Source: a virus
Lineage: Duplodnaviria; Caudoviricetes
Virus record (IMG/VR): IMGVR_UViG_3300002989_000038
Location: 1 to 44,075 of that record
DNA: 44,075 nt
Direction: 5' to 3' (one strand)
A program made the translations under genes and the position numbers. The notes beneath the pieces are model-generated. The model made no database searches and was not told where the DNA came from. It saw only the letters and a program-made list of their open reading frames with translations. Positions 18,305 through 27,587 of this stretch are shown here, in pieces. The number at the start of each line of letters is the position of its first letter. Position 1 is the stretch's first letter.

Positions 18305-19158
18305 CAGTATCTCCCGGCACCGGGAAAACCCCCGAAGGGTAGAGGCGTATTGGTGTCGATTTGCGGTATGATCATTGGTCCGCCCACGACACGATGCCCG
18401 CTGGAATCCACGCCTGAAGCCACTCCCGTGAGGGAGACTGTTATGACTGAGAAGCGCAGGCGGCAATCGCTGAGCCTGCGGCCGCAGCAGTCGTGCGCGT
18501 TGTCCGTCATGGTGCCCAGTGCATCAAAGCAGCGAATGTCGGTGTAGGGGCAGTCGACCGGGTTACCGCGGCTATCGGCGTAGAGGAAAGACCCCGAGGA
18601 AGCGTCCCAGATCCGGTAGCTGTAGGTGCAGGTATCCCGGATGATGGTGCGTGCGGGGAGCATCACTCCGGCCAGGTCATAGATGCTGGAAAGCTCGTAC
18701 TCGCAGTAGACCCTGTTCTCGGTGACGCGGCGCTCCACATAGTAAACGTCCAGGGGAAACTCGGCGGTCGGGTCAGCCGTGAGATTGATCCCACCCGGGA
18801 AATTGGCCACGTCGAGATATTTAACGAGCGTGCGCCGGCGCGTGATGATCGCCCCGACCAGGTCGTCATAATCGCGGTTAAGGAGCGTCATCAGCCCGAC
18901 CGCCCCGCCTACCGGAATATTGGAAACCTGGAATTTCGGTCGCGGTGCCGCTCCCTGGACGGTGATGCCGAACCCCGAGGCGGATACCGGCTGTGGGTTG
19001 TAGATGTGCCCCTGCCAGACCACCGGGGCAAGCAGCTGGTTGCTGCCTGCGTGGAACCGGGTAACTCCCGCGGCCGGATCGATGGGGGTCATATCGATCT
19101 CGTAGAGCTCCACGATGGCACCGGGTTCCAGGCTATGTATGTCCCGCGAGATGGTCAT
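18304..19158 (-). CDS. Minor tail protein L (lambda gpL-like)
   Basis: 'VELYEID', 'WQG..Y.P.P..ASGF', 'RRRTL.KYLD..NF', Cys cluster 'CCGRRLSDC.LRF', 'LPFGGFPG'. Confidence 0.93.
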   Translation of the reverse strand: MTISRDIHSLEPGAIVELYEIDMTPIDPAAGVTRFHAGSNQLLAPVVWQGHIYNPQPVSASGFGITVQGAAPRPKFQVSNIPVGGAVGLMTLLNRDYDDLVGAIITRRRTLVKYLDVANFPGGINLTADPTAEFPLDVYYVERRVTENRVYCEYELSSIYDLAGVMLPARTIIRDTCTYSYRIWDASSGSFLYADSRGNPVDCPYTDIRCFDALGTMTDNAHDCCGRRLSDCRLRFSVITVSLTGVASGVDSSGHRVVGGPMIIPQIDTNTPLPFGGFPGAGRY

Positions 19159-19307
19159 AAGAGTTTCGGGTCCTGGTTAAGCGTTATCCGCAGGTTGAGA
19201 TAAAAACATCCGGGGCCGATCCAAAGGTTCTCGGGTGGCAGGCGGCATAGTTTGCCATACTCGTAGGGGCAGCGCCTGCCGCAAGGGAGGACGGCCCACT
19301 GTTTCAT
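19155..19307 (-). CDS. 50-aa Cys-rich small protein, absent from the ORF track
   Basis: MKQWAVLPCGRRCPYEYGKLCRLPPENLWIGPGCFYLNLRITLNQDPKLL; ATGA start/stop overlaps with both M and L. Confidence 0.65.
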   Translation of the reverse strand: MKQWAVLPCGRRCPYEYGKLCRLPPENLWIGPGCFYLNLRITLNQDPKLL

Positions 19308-19639
19308 GGTGCAAAAACCTGCTGGAAGGTTGCCGTTATGACGCTACTCGACAGCCGGTCCTGCCGGTGCCAGGTCGGGCAGATGACTCTTAGCGCCACG
19401 GATGCGCGCGGTGGGGTCCACAGGAACGACTCAGCCCCCTTGCGTGCTTCCAGAAACGCTTCGATGGCGTCGGCTGTCTCGAGCGACGAGACCTTGACGG
19501 TGACCGAGTGGTCCTTACTTAAACTATGAATCCCGTCTACCAGGCGCTGCGCGTAGCCGTCACCGTACTGGCTCGTCAGCACGCGGGTCTTGGTGTCCTT
19601 TGCCGTACCCAGAGATACGTTCCAGCCGAAAGTTTCCAT
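19304..19639 (-). CDS. Minor tail protein M (lambda gpM-like)
   Basis: 'YGDGYAQR..DGI', 'FL.AR.G.ESF.WTPP', 'ITATF.QVF'. Confidence 0.93.
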   Translation of the reverse strand: METFGWNVSLGTAKDTKTRVLTSQYGDGYAQRLVDGIHSLSKDHSVTVKVSSLETADAIEAFLEARKGAESFLWTPPRASVALRVICPTWHRQDRLSSSVITATFQQVFAP

Positions 19640-22600
19640 CAGCCTAAAATCCCCCCGGGCCGTTTTTCGTTTTGTATCGTCTGCAGGACCGAGGTCTGGA
19701 TCATTTTCCCGAGTAGGGCCGCCTGGCTGCTGTCGATGCCGCCCTGCGAGCCGGGCTTGCCGCTGTTATCGACCGAAACCGGGATGTTGAACTGGTAGCT
19801 GTCCCCTCCTCCGCTAAGCCCTGAAGGAACGGCTTTAGAGAGGGCGTGATTCGGGATGATGGTGCCGGGGCCCTGGGGGATAAAGAGCTCCATCCCCTTT
19901 TCGCCCACGATGTACGGCTTATTAGAGCTGACCGAGCCGCCCTCGGCACGAAAGCTAAACATGCTGGCATAGTCCGCCCCGAGGATGCTGCCAACCGCCT
20001 TTTGGGCCATCACGTTGGCGATCGCCCGCTCGATGCTGGCGAGGAAAGCCCGGGTGTAATCGCCGAAGCTTTTCATCTTCCCCTGCATGGCATCAAAGAA
20101 CAGGTCGGAAAAGGACTGCTGCATGGCCTGTGCGGTCTCCTTGGAGAGCGCGTTCATCTGTTTGAAGCTTCCGCCGATCTCGTCCAGATAGGATTTGAAT
20201 CCTTCCACCAGTCCGCCTGCCATGTCGTCCGAGAGGTCACGCAGCGAGAGTTTGAGTTCGAGGATCTTCTGCCTGGTGCCGTCAATTGCCGCCTGCTGTG
20301 AGTTCCAGGCGGTGGTGTCGCTCGGATCGATGCGGGCCTGGACCTTTTCCTGAGCGGCGAGCAGTTGCTCGGTCAGGGTCTTGCGCTGCAGAAGCGCCTC
20401 GTTTTTGCTGACCTCGCGCAGTTTCTCCTTTTCGTCCAGGTCGGAGAGCTCGTGGCTGATCCGTGCCTCCTCGCGCTTGGCTGTGAGGGTGTCGGTGGCT
20501 CGGTCTGCCTTATAAAGGCGCTCCGGGACAGCCTTCCCAAGATTATTCGCGCGCTCCTGCAGCACGGCCAGCTGGGCTTTCAGGTCGGCGAGTTGAGCTT
20601 CGGTCTGCCCGCCAATGGCAGTTTTGGCCAAAACATTCAGATAATCCGCCGCCAGTCCGCTCTGCTCATTACCGATGTTGCGCTTCTCGGCTTCCAGCGG
20701 CGTGATCCGCTCGCGCTCCAGCAGCGAAGACGTCAGCTGTTTTTCGCCGTTCAGCTGCTCCTGCAGTAACTTCAGGGCCCCCTCGCGCTGGGTGTTCTCC
20801 AGATTCTTCCGCGCGGTTGTCTGTCTAAGTTCCTCTTCGAATCCGCTGCGCTTTATGTCGCCCGCTGTCTTTTGGTAATCTATCTCCAGCGCGTACCAAG
20901 CGGTAATATAGGCTTTGTGCTTCTCCGAAGCTTCCTTGGGATCCTTGATTGCAGCGGCTTCCTCCTGGTACTTCTTGGTCAGCTCGCTTTGCTGGTTAAC
21001 GATGCTATCTAATCGGGAAGTCTGAGCCTGCTTTTCCAGGTCAGTTCTCGCCTTGAGATACTCCTCCTCGGTGATGAGACCCTGCTGCCAGGCCAGCTCC
21101 TTTTCCTTAAGTCCACTCTTGATCGCCTCAGCATCCTTCGCCTCGCCAACTTTAAATATCCCCTGTGACTTAGCGTAGCGGTCCTCCATTGCGGCGAGAA
21201 GTTCTTCGCGTTCCTTTTTCTGTTCTGCCTCAGTCTTTTTACCGTTGCCTTTCAGGTCGAACGGGGCCTTTCCACCGTCCAGGAACTGCTTGGCTTTGGC
21301 TCCATCGATATCGACGACTAGGCGCCATTCTTTTCCCTTTTCAAACCCGGGAATGGCCTGTTTTTGTAGACTAATAATGCCCTGGCGCAACATAGTTGCT
21401 ATCTGCTGGTCATTGGCGGCAGGCACTCTCTGGCGGACGCTAGCCAATTCTCTCCACCCGAAATCATCGATATTCGCCAGGGTATTCACCCCGGATTTCT
21501 GCATCCGGGAGGAATCATGGTCCTTGTCGATCTTGGCCGAGAGCCTGATATTGCTGGCGTCATCGGATAAGGACTTGGCATCAGCGTACTGCTTACCGGC
21601 CCAAAGCCCAGCGACCAGGGCCAGGGTCGGGAGGCTGGAAATAAGTTTGGCCAGGCCTCCGGCGTTAGCGGCGACCGCTAGCTCCTTTACTGCCGTGGTG
21701 ATTTTTCCGATGCCGAAGGCGACGCCTACCCACATAGCGGGTTCAGCAAGCTTGCCCCCCCACTTAACTGAGGTCTCCAGTACCTGAACCAGTTTGTTCA
21801 GGTTCTCGGCAAGCTCGCGGATCTTGGCGATGACTTCGGGCTTCACCTGGACATCGATGACATTTCCCTGAGCGTCACGGGTTATGGTCACCATTTCAAG
21901 GGAGAGTTTGAGCATCTCGCGCTTGAGCCCCTCGAAGAGCGGCTTGGACCCTTCGCCCAGGGCGCGCTGGCCGTAATCCTTGAAGTTCGACCAGGCGCCC
22001 TCCCAGGTTGTTTCGAACTCCCTCGAGGCGAAGATGAAACCGTCGAGCCGGCCCCGGATCTCCTGAAAGAGTGTTCCCTTTTCGCGCCACTTCTTAACGT
22101 CCTCGTTGGTGATCTGGAGCGAGCGGGCCAGCTGTGAGTTCTGGTCGATGGTGCCGGCGACCATGTCGCGCCCTTCCTGGACGATTTGGTTAGCGGGAAG
22201 CCCCATGGCTTTTACGGCGTTGGTCATAAGCCCGGCTAGGTCCAGGGTCTCCTGGAAGTTCAGCTTAGCGGCGAGTGAAGGGGCGAGAAGGCCCTGGTAG
22301 GCTTGGACAACTTCCTCATAGGTCGCGGGAGTTGCCATGGCTATCTTCTGCAGCTCGCGCTGTGCATCTACGGTAAGGCTGGAGGCCGCGTTCCACTTAT
22401 CCTGCCCGGTGAGCACCGCCCCCTGGGCGTTGGTGATGACTCCCATGGAGGTCATGATGGCCGCGATGCCGAGCTTGGAGGTCTCCAGGGTCTTGTTGTA
22501 CTCCATCCCGTCCTGGGCCAGCTTTTTGGCGAAGGAAAGAGTTCCGAAGCTGACGGCCATCTGGATCATCTGCCCCAGCATAGAGTAGGATTGCTGGGTG

Positions 22601-22800
22601 GACCCGTGGAGATGGTCCATCCCCGCGGCGCCACTATCCCCGGCGTTCTGCAGCGCCTGCCCGGCGAGGTTCCCGCCTGCGGCCATCTCGGCTGTCTGGC
22701 CCTGGATATTGGCGAGATCCTTTTTCAGCTGTCCGAAGGCGGCATCGGTCCTGCTGATGGCCTCGATAATCAGCTGCAATTTCATGTCGGCGTTCGCCAT
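19639..22800 (-). CDS. Tape measure protein
   Basis: 1053-aa helical protein between the chaperones and M; C-terminal 'RAEGG.V...Y.VGE.G.ELF.P...G.IIPN' and 'EKRPGG.L'. Confidence 0.92.
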   Translation of the reverse strand: MANADMKLQLIIEAISRTDAAFGQLKKDLANIQGQTAEMAAGGNLAGQALQNAGDSGAAGMDHLHGSTQQSYSMLGQMIQMAVSFGTLSFAKKLAQDGMEYNKTLETSKLGIAAIMTSMGVITNAQGAVLTGQDKWNAASSLTVDAQRELQKIAMATPATYEEVVQAYQGLLAPSLAAKLNFQETLDLAGLMTNAVKAMGLPANQIVQEGRDMVAGTIDQNSQLARSLQITNEDVKKWREKGTLFQEIRGRLDGFIFASREFETTWEGAWSNFKDYGQRALGEGSKPLFEGLKREMLKLSLEMVTITRDAQGNVIDVQVKPEVIAKIRELAENLNKLVQVLETSVKWGGKLAEPAMWVGVAFGIGKITTAVKELAVAANAGGLAKLISSLPTLALVAGLWAGKQYADAKSLSDDASNIRLSAKIDKDHDSSRMQKSGVNTLANIDDFGWRELASVRQRVPAANDQQIATMLRQGIISLQKQAIPGFEKGKEWRLVVDIDGAKAKQFLDGGKAPFDLKGNGKKTEAEQKKEREELLAAMEDRYAKSQGIFKVGEAKDAEAIKSGLKEKELAWQQGLITEEEYLKARTDLEKQAQTSRLDSIVNQQSELTKKYQEEAAAIKDPKEASEKHKAYITAWYALEIDYQKTAGDIKRSGFEEELRQTTARKNLENTQREGALKLLQEQLNGEKQLTSSLLERERITPLEAEKRNIGNEQSGLAADYLNVLAKTAIGGQTEAQLADLKAQLAVLQERANNLGKAVPERLYKADRATDTLTAKREEARISHELSDLDEKEKLREVSKNEALLQRKTLTEQLLAAQEKVQARIDPSDTTAWNSQQAAIDGTRQKILELKLSLRDLSDDMAGGLVEGFKSYLDEIGGSFKQMNALSKETAQAMQQSFSDLFFDAMQGKMKSFGDYTRAFLASIERAIANVMAQKAVGSILGADYASMFSFRAEGGSVSSNKPYIVGEKGMELFIPQGPGTIIPNHALSKAVPSGLSGGGDSYQFNIPVSVDNSGKPGSQGGIDSSQAALLGKMIQTSVLQTIQNEKRPGGILG

Positions 22801-22813
22801 GCTGTTGCTCCCG

Positions 22814-23493
22814 CTACTTCAAAACCATGATTTCCCGGCTGCAGTTCTCACAGTCATCGTTAAGGCCCGCCTCGCGGCAGGATAGGCAGTAACTGTCCTC
22901 CGGGGTCTGCGGGGCGCCCTCGGGGGGGACTCCGAGAAAGGCGCAGACCGCCTCCCGGAAGGTTCGCTCGCGCTGGCGGTGACGCAGGTACGGTTCGCAC
23001 TCGGCTAGGGTGCAGGTGCAGTAGATCTCGCGCCGGCGGATTATGTCTCCGCCGGCGAGGATGCAGACGAGCTGGGCGACCCAGTCGTCAGCAGCGGGCT
23101 GTACTTCGCGAGGGCCCCGGTCAGGCGATCGAAAACCAAGCCCACCGGGTTGCAGGACAAAAAATCCTCCACCACTTTTACTGCGGTCTCGATATCGACA
23201 TGCTTGCGCAGCTCCGCGGCTATTGCCGCGAGGTCCTTCTGGTCGATCTCGGTCCCGGCCGGGTTCAGCAGGATCGCCAGGGCATCGGAAATCCGGTCAC
23301 CCAGGAGCCGCACGATCCCCACCACTGAGGTCCCGGGGGGAAGCGCAATGGTGGCGAGGAACCCGGAGAGCTGCTCTATCTGCAGGAGCACCAGGGGGCG
23401 CTGCAGGTAGATCACTCCGCCGATGGTGTAGCGGATGCCGCTGCCGGGTTTGCCCAGCAGACGGCGGAAGAAGTTTTTGATTTGCTCAATCAT
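22814..23493 (-). CDS. Tail assembly chaperone GT (programmed -1 frameshift product)
   Basis: Slippery GGATTTTTTG at 23167-23158; the -1 frame stays open (DDWVAQLVCILAGGDIIRRRE...EIMVLK) to TAG at 22814, just before the tape measure SD. Confidence 0.8.
23041..23493 (-). CDS. Tail assembly chaperone G
   Basis: Lies between tail tube and tape measure genes and contains the slippery site. Confidence 0.8.
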   Translation of the reverse strand: MIEQIKNFFRRLLGKPGSGIRYTIGGVIYLQRPLVLLQIEQLSGFLATIALPPGTSVVGIVRLLGDRISDALAILLNPAGTEIDQKDLAAIAAELRKHVDIETAVKVVEDFLSCNPVGLVFDRLTGALAKYSPLLTTGSPSSSASSPAET

Positions 23494-23530
23494 GTCATGC
23501 CTCGCAAAAGGGTCGCGCTAGACGCACTCC

Positions 23531-24505
23531 CTAAATGGTTTCCTGGGTGTTCTTCAGGATCATCTGCAGCGAGGAGGCCTCGGCAGAGTTCTCGTAGTAT
23601 GCCTCGAAGGGGAGCTCGACGACGATCCCCTTGGGCCCGGCGATGGGCGGCGTCTTGGGGGAGTAAACCAGCTCGGGGATCTTGAGCTCCAGGGACTCGT
23701 TGCCGGCAGTCCCGCTGCCGTCCCCGATGACGTACTTCACCCTGATGGAACTCTCGGTGCCGGTCACCGCCTTGTTGTATAGGTCGAGATCCTTGAAGAG
23801 AGCGCGTACAGTACCGGTTACCTTGACGTATCCGTCGGGGATGGAATCGCGGGTACCGTCGCCGCCCAGTACGTAGTTGTCTTCCCCGGTGTCGAGGCCG
23901 TTGTCGATGGTAAGCCCAGTTATCTTGGAGATGACGGCGCTGGCGACGCCCCCCTCCTCGATGATGGCAATAGAGCGGCCGTCGAAACTCACCTTGCCAA
24001 GGTCGGTGGGGGTCGGGTCGAAAGGAGCGTTTCCGATGGTTTCCCGGGCACCGGAAATGCTCACGGTGATTTTTTGGAAACCCTTGGCCGTTACATCCAT
24101 GGAGAGCTTGCCAAACTTGCAGCCGTTGTACTTGACGTACTTACCAAGGGTCGGGTACTTGCGCTCGATGAGAAAGGAGGGGAGCGCAGAGCCGATCTTG
24201 ATAGTATGGGTGTAGGGCCCCGGGCCGGTCGCCGTAGCGGAGCCGAGTACGCCGCGGTAGATGAGACCCAGGTAGGCCTGCAGCTCCGTGACGATGTCGC
24301 CGGAAACGTCCAGCAGGCCGCGCGCCGGCTTGGTCGGGTTGCGATTGCCGCCGCGCATCACGTCGCTCGACTCGCTGGGGCAGGCAAGCGAGATAGACTC
24401 CGAGGTAAGGGAGATCAGCTGGGCCGCCGGGGTTGCCGGATCGGTTTTGAAGGAGGGTTCCTCCTGGATCGTCAGGGTACAGAGTGAGCCTTTTTCAGTT
24501 TCCAT
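23531..24505 (-). CDS. Major tail tube protein
   Basis: 'LPSF.IE', 'Y..Y.GCK', 'LTIDN.L', 'VTGT...LF.D', 'P.I.GP.GI...L.F.A'; position; SD AGGAG. Confidence 0.85.
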   Translation of the reverse strand: METEKGSLCTLTIQEEPSFKTDPATPAAQLISLTSESISLACPSESSDVMRGGNRNPTKPARGLLDVSGDIVTELQAYLGLIYRGVLGSATATGPGPYTHTIKIGSALPSFLIERKYPTLGKYVKYNGCKFGKLSMDVTAKGFQKITVSISGARETIGNAPFDPTPTDLGKVSFDGRSIAIIEEGGVASAVISKITGLTIDNGLDTGEDNYVLGGDGTRDSIPDGYVKVTGTVRALFKDLDLYNKAVTGTESSIRVKYVIGDGSGTAGNESLELKIPELVYSPKTPPIAGPKGIVVELPFEAYYENSAEASSLQMILKNTQETI

Positions 24506-24525
24506 TGTGAGTGCCTCTCCTTGGT

Positions 24526-24990
24526 TTAAAGTGTTCCGAACGGGGTACGGTAGACGATGGTGAAAAGAACCTGGGCGGCGCTGATCGCCTCACCTTCCTG
24601 GGCGGTATCGATGTTGTGCCCGACTAGGTCGGTATATTCGGCCAGGCCGTCCCAGCGGTCTCCGCGATCCTGGTAAACTGCGCGCACCACGTCTTTAAGG
24701 GCAAGGCGCGCATCGGAGGCGCAGACGGCACCCTTGAAAAAGATTTCGGTGGAGACCTTGAGATGGTGTTCCCACATGCCGATCGGGCACTCATCCTGGC
24801 CCTGGCCGTTATTCATCCGCGCATCCTCATCGCGCCAGATGATCCCCGGGATGGAGTTGGCGTCCATCTGCGCCTTGCGCCAGTTGAAAACCTTCAGGCC
24901 GATATCGGAGCTGTAGCCGTTGGCCCTGGTGATGGCCGCGTAGCGGGCGGAGATCTTATCTACCAGCTGGGTACGTACGTCCGGACTCAT
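24526..24990 (-). CDS. Putative tail terminator (gpU-like)
   Basis: 'I..ANGY.SD.G', 'D....V..D..W.GLA', 'FTIVYRT'; directly upstream of the tube gene; ATGA overlap at 24990. Confidence 0.6.
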   Translation of the reverse strand: MSPDVRTQLVDKISARYAAITRANGYSSDIGLKVFNWRKAQMDANSIPGIIWRDEDARMNNGQGQDECPIGMWEHHLKVSTEIFFKGAVCASDARLALKDVVRAVYQDRGDRWDGLAEYTDLVGHNIDTAQEGEAISAAQVLFTIVYRTPFGTL

Positions 24991-25553
24991 TGGAATCTCC
25001 ACTCGACGTAGGCGCCGATATGCTTCTCGATTTTCCCGCCGTCTACCGGGATCTTGCCGCCGACTTCCGCCAACAGGTGCAGGTCCTTGGCTCTTGCCAG
25101 ATCCCGCCGGTAATAGACGGGGACCCGCGTTCCTTCGCTGCTTCGCTCGTAGCCGGCGCCCAGGGTATTCCTATCCTCCAGGGCGAACCAGGGGGCGACC
25201 TTGGGGATGAAAACCGTTGTGGAGAGCCCGGTGCTCATGTTGGTGAAGGTAACCGTCGAGCCGCCGTTGACCGTGGCGGGGATCTCCGCGCTATCGACTG
25301 CCTCCTCGTCGGCGACAATGGTGCCGATCTGCGGGAACTTCCGCTCTATGGCCGGCTTCGGTATCACGCGCAGCGGCACTTTCAAGAGCGGTCCGGCGAC
25401 TTTCGGCGCCGTGACGGCAGGGGCCGGATGGGTAATAACACCGGGCTTCGGGATCGGTGTATGTACAAGGGACCAGCAGAGATAACCGGCCACACAAAGC
25501 GCGAGTACCGCAAGTCCGATCAATCGCCATTTCGGAGCCTCCATTACTGCCAT
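24987..25553 (-). CDS. Membrane-anchored lysis-cassette protein (spanin candidate)
   Basis: N-terminal TM helix, Pro-rich linker, beta-rich C-terminus; directly after the endolysin. Confidence 0.45.
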   Translation of the reverse strand: MAVMEAPKWRLIGLAVLALCVAGYLCWSLVHTPIPKPGVITHPAPAVTAPKVAGPLLKVPLRVIPKPAIERKFPQIGTIVADEEAVDSAEIPATVNGGSTVTFTNMSTGLSTTVFIPKVAPWFALEDRNTLGAGYERSSEGTRVPVYYRRDLARAKDLHLLAEVGGKIPVDGGKIEKHIGAYVEWRFQ

Positions 25554-25564
25554 TTGAAATCCCC

Positions 25565-26158
25565 TTACCAGTATGGGTAGGCCGCGCCGTCAGCCGCCGT
25601 GCGGTAGGAGCTACCGTACCGGTATACCTGTTTGCTGTAGCTGTAGTTGACGTCGCAGGCGCTCTCGGAAGAGCCATCCTTGTAATGCACGATCTTACGC
25701 CGGCACTGGGCACGGGAAGCTGCCCAATCGGCCTTCCCCGCCCGCAGTATTTCCTTATTGACCAGGCCGCCGCCGTTATAGATCTGGTAGGCGATCCAGA
25801 GTTTTTTGACTCTTGCCTCGCTGTAGGCGCACCGGTTGATGAAGGCCTGGGCGCGCAGGTGGTTTTTGGTAGTCCGGATCTCGTTGATCCCCCGGTGCGC
25901 CAGGGCATCCTTCCAGACCCGGTAGGTGATCTGAGCGGGACCTTCGGAGCCCACTCCGTCACGACTGATGACGTCCCGGCAGCCCGATTCCTGCTGCAGC
26001 TGCCCCACCGAGTAGTGGGAGGGGTAGTCGGTACCGAACTGGAGGCTGTGTGCGACGCGGACCTCTTGTGCCAGGGCCTGGCAGCGCTCGCTGGCGTTGC
26101 CGGAGATCGGCAGCAGGATGATCAGCACCCCGGCCAGGAGGAGCGCTCTAGCCCCCAT
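25565..26158 (-). CDS. Endolysin, lytic transglycosylase (SLT-like) with N-terminal signal/SAR segment
   Basis: 'GQLQQES', 'G.AQI', 'YNGG', 'NY.Y...V' motifs; hydrophobic N-terminus. Confidence 0.8.
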   Translation of the reverse strand: MGARALLLAGVLIILLPISGNASERCQALAQEVRVAHSLQFGTDYPSHYSVGQLQQESGCRDVISRDGVGSEGPAQITYRVWKDALAHRGINEIRTTKNHLRAQAFINRCAYSEARVKKLWIAYQIYNGGGLVNKEILRAGKADWAASRAQCRRKIVHYKDGSSESACDVNYSYSKQVYRYGSSYRTAADGAAYPYW

Positions 26159-26441
26159 GGCTGTAGGCGTAGATGAAAACTACGTACAGGCTGATGCAGA
26201 GGAGCTTCAGGCGGTCCTGATGGTAGTCGCCGTTGTTCCAGTTGACTGAGGGGAAGGCGAGCTTCCGAGTAATGTGGGCATGTAGAAAGCCAAGACTCAC
26301 CAGGACCGCCTTGAGGGCGATGGTCTGCACCGTGGGCGAGAACTGCAGGTAGACTCCGGAGAGGTAGAACCAAAGGAGCAGTCCTGAGACGGCTATTTCG
26401 TTGGTGACCCGTCCCAGCTGGATCGCGATTTTTTTGAACAT
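26148..26441 (-). CDS. Putative holin
   Basis: 97 aa with about three hydrophobic segments, overlapping the endolysin start. Confidence 0.65.
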   Translation of the reverse strand: MFKKIAIQLGRVTNEIAVSGLLLWFYLSGVYLQFSPTVQTIALKAVLVSLGFLHAHITRKLAFPSVNWNNGDYHQDRLKLLCISLYVVFIYAYSHGG

Positions 26442-26454
26442 GTTATTTCTCCCG

Positions 26455-26739
26455 TTACTGGACCGGCCGCTTCAGCTGTGACTCGAGCATCTGGAGGCGC
26501 TGCTCCAGGGAGGTGATCATCACCCGGAGGGCCTTACTTTCAGCGTCACCGCGTACGAACTGAGTGGCGGAATCGGCCATGCGGTCCTTGACCTGCTGCA
26601 GGGCGACAAACTGCCAGGCGGCGGAGGTCAGATTGATCCCGATCAGGATTGCCAGAAGCCAGAGCACCGAGGACTGCCGCGACTCGACTCCGGAGTGGGC
26701 CGTGCACTGTTTGTGGATGGGGGTATCGGTTTCCGTCAT
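26455..26739 (-). CDS. Single-TM coiled-coil protein (lysis-associated hypothetical)
   Basis: One TM helix then a coiled coil; SD GGAG; upstream of the holin. Confidence 0.55.
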   Translation of the reverse strand: MTETDTPIHKQCTAHSGVESRQSSVLWLLAILIGINLTSAAWQFVALQQVKDRMADSATQFVRGDAESKALRVMITSLEQRLQMLESQLKRPVQ

Positions 26740-26758
26740 GAAGTTTCTCCGTCTGCAG

Positions 26759-27058
26759 CTAGGTTGTTAGTATCAGTCGGGTCAAACCCGCGCCGTCCGG
26801 TAAAAGTTTTTCAACGCTGTAAAGGGTGTTCTTGATGGTGATCGGAGTCTGATAAACGACGCCGTTAGCCAGGGCATCAGCTGTATCTACCAGGAACGAG
26901 GGAGCGGTAGTCAGCACCGACCCGTCATAGATGTCCGTCGATTTGGTCGGCTCGTCGAAGATCCCCAGGACAGTTTCCGTACCGATCAGCCCAGGGATCT
27001 TATCGAACCGGTTCAGTACGGTGCGATTGGCGCTGGCTATCCGTTCCGCGAAAGCCAT
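26759..27058 (-). CDS. Head-tail joining protein (gpFII-like)
   Basis: 'GIFD', 'I.I....Y.V....PDG.GL..L.L'; position after the capsid genes. Confidence 0.7.
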   Translation of the reverse strand: MAFAERIASANRTVLNRFDKIPGLIGTETVLGIFDEPTKSTDIYDGSVLTTAPSFLVDTADALANGVVYQTPITIKNTLYSVEKLLPDGAGLTRLILTT

Positions 27059-27531
27059 TATTCCAGTCCGAGTTCGGTCATGCGGGCACAGGCTGCGCTG
27101 GAAAGTTCTTCAGCCTGCGTCTGGTCGCCGGGTTCTTCCTGCGGCAGTAACGCCAAGATCTCTTCCTCGCTAGCGGCGGCCGAGATCTTGGCGACCAGCT
27201 CGGTATGGGCCTGTGCTACCAGCTCGACGCTACGCTCATGGGCCGCCTGGAGAACCTCGGGGGCTACATCGGGGCCGATGGCAATCAGGTTGATTTCGTC
27301 AAAGCTGGTCGCGGCGGCGATATCGGCCAGTTGGGCAGCAATGGACGCTGCTGCCGAGCCTGCCATAGACTCACCGGCGGCGGCCGCAACTGCGTCGGCA
27401 AGTTTGGCTACATTCAGCCCTGCAAGGCGCTCAGCTTCGTTGGCCTCGCAACTAAAGGGGTCTCCGGGCTGGTAGGTCGTCTTATCCAGCTGAATGCAGC
27501 CGATAGCTTCCATTTTGATTTTTTTACCCAT
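27058..27531 (-). CDS. Hypothetical protein after the capsid gene (FI/packaging-chaperone position)
   Basis: 'Y.PGD.F.....EAERL' N-terminal motif plus acidic Ala-rich repeats; SD GGAGG. Confidence 0.6.
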   Translation of the reverse strand: MGKKIKMEAIGCIQLDKTTYQPGDPFSCEANEAERLAGLNVAKLADAVAAAAGESMAGSAAASIAAQLADIAAATSFDEINLIAIGPDVAPEVLQAAHERSVELVAQAHTELVAKISAAASEEEILALLPQEEPGDQTQAEELSSAACARMTELGLE

Positions 27532-27587
27532 AGTTCCCTCCGGCAGGGGCCGCGCGGTGCCTGCCCCTGCTCAATGTAAGCTGTCGG

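Noticed and set aside
18305-18466. Longer annotated starts for K (18466), portal (32287) and the 152-aa ORF (12030)
   Set aside because: Extensions overlap upstream genes; downstream starts fit better (stop/start overlaps for K and portal, no overlap with J for the 152-aa ORF)
27543-27570. Terminator after the capsid gene
   Set aside because: GC hairpin present but no U-tract, and it abuts the next SD; at most an mRNA-stabilising structure
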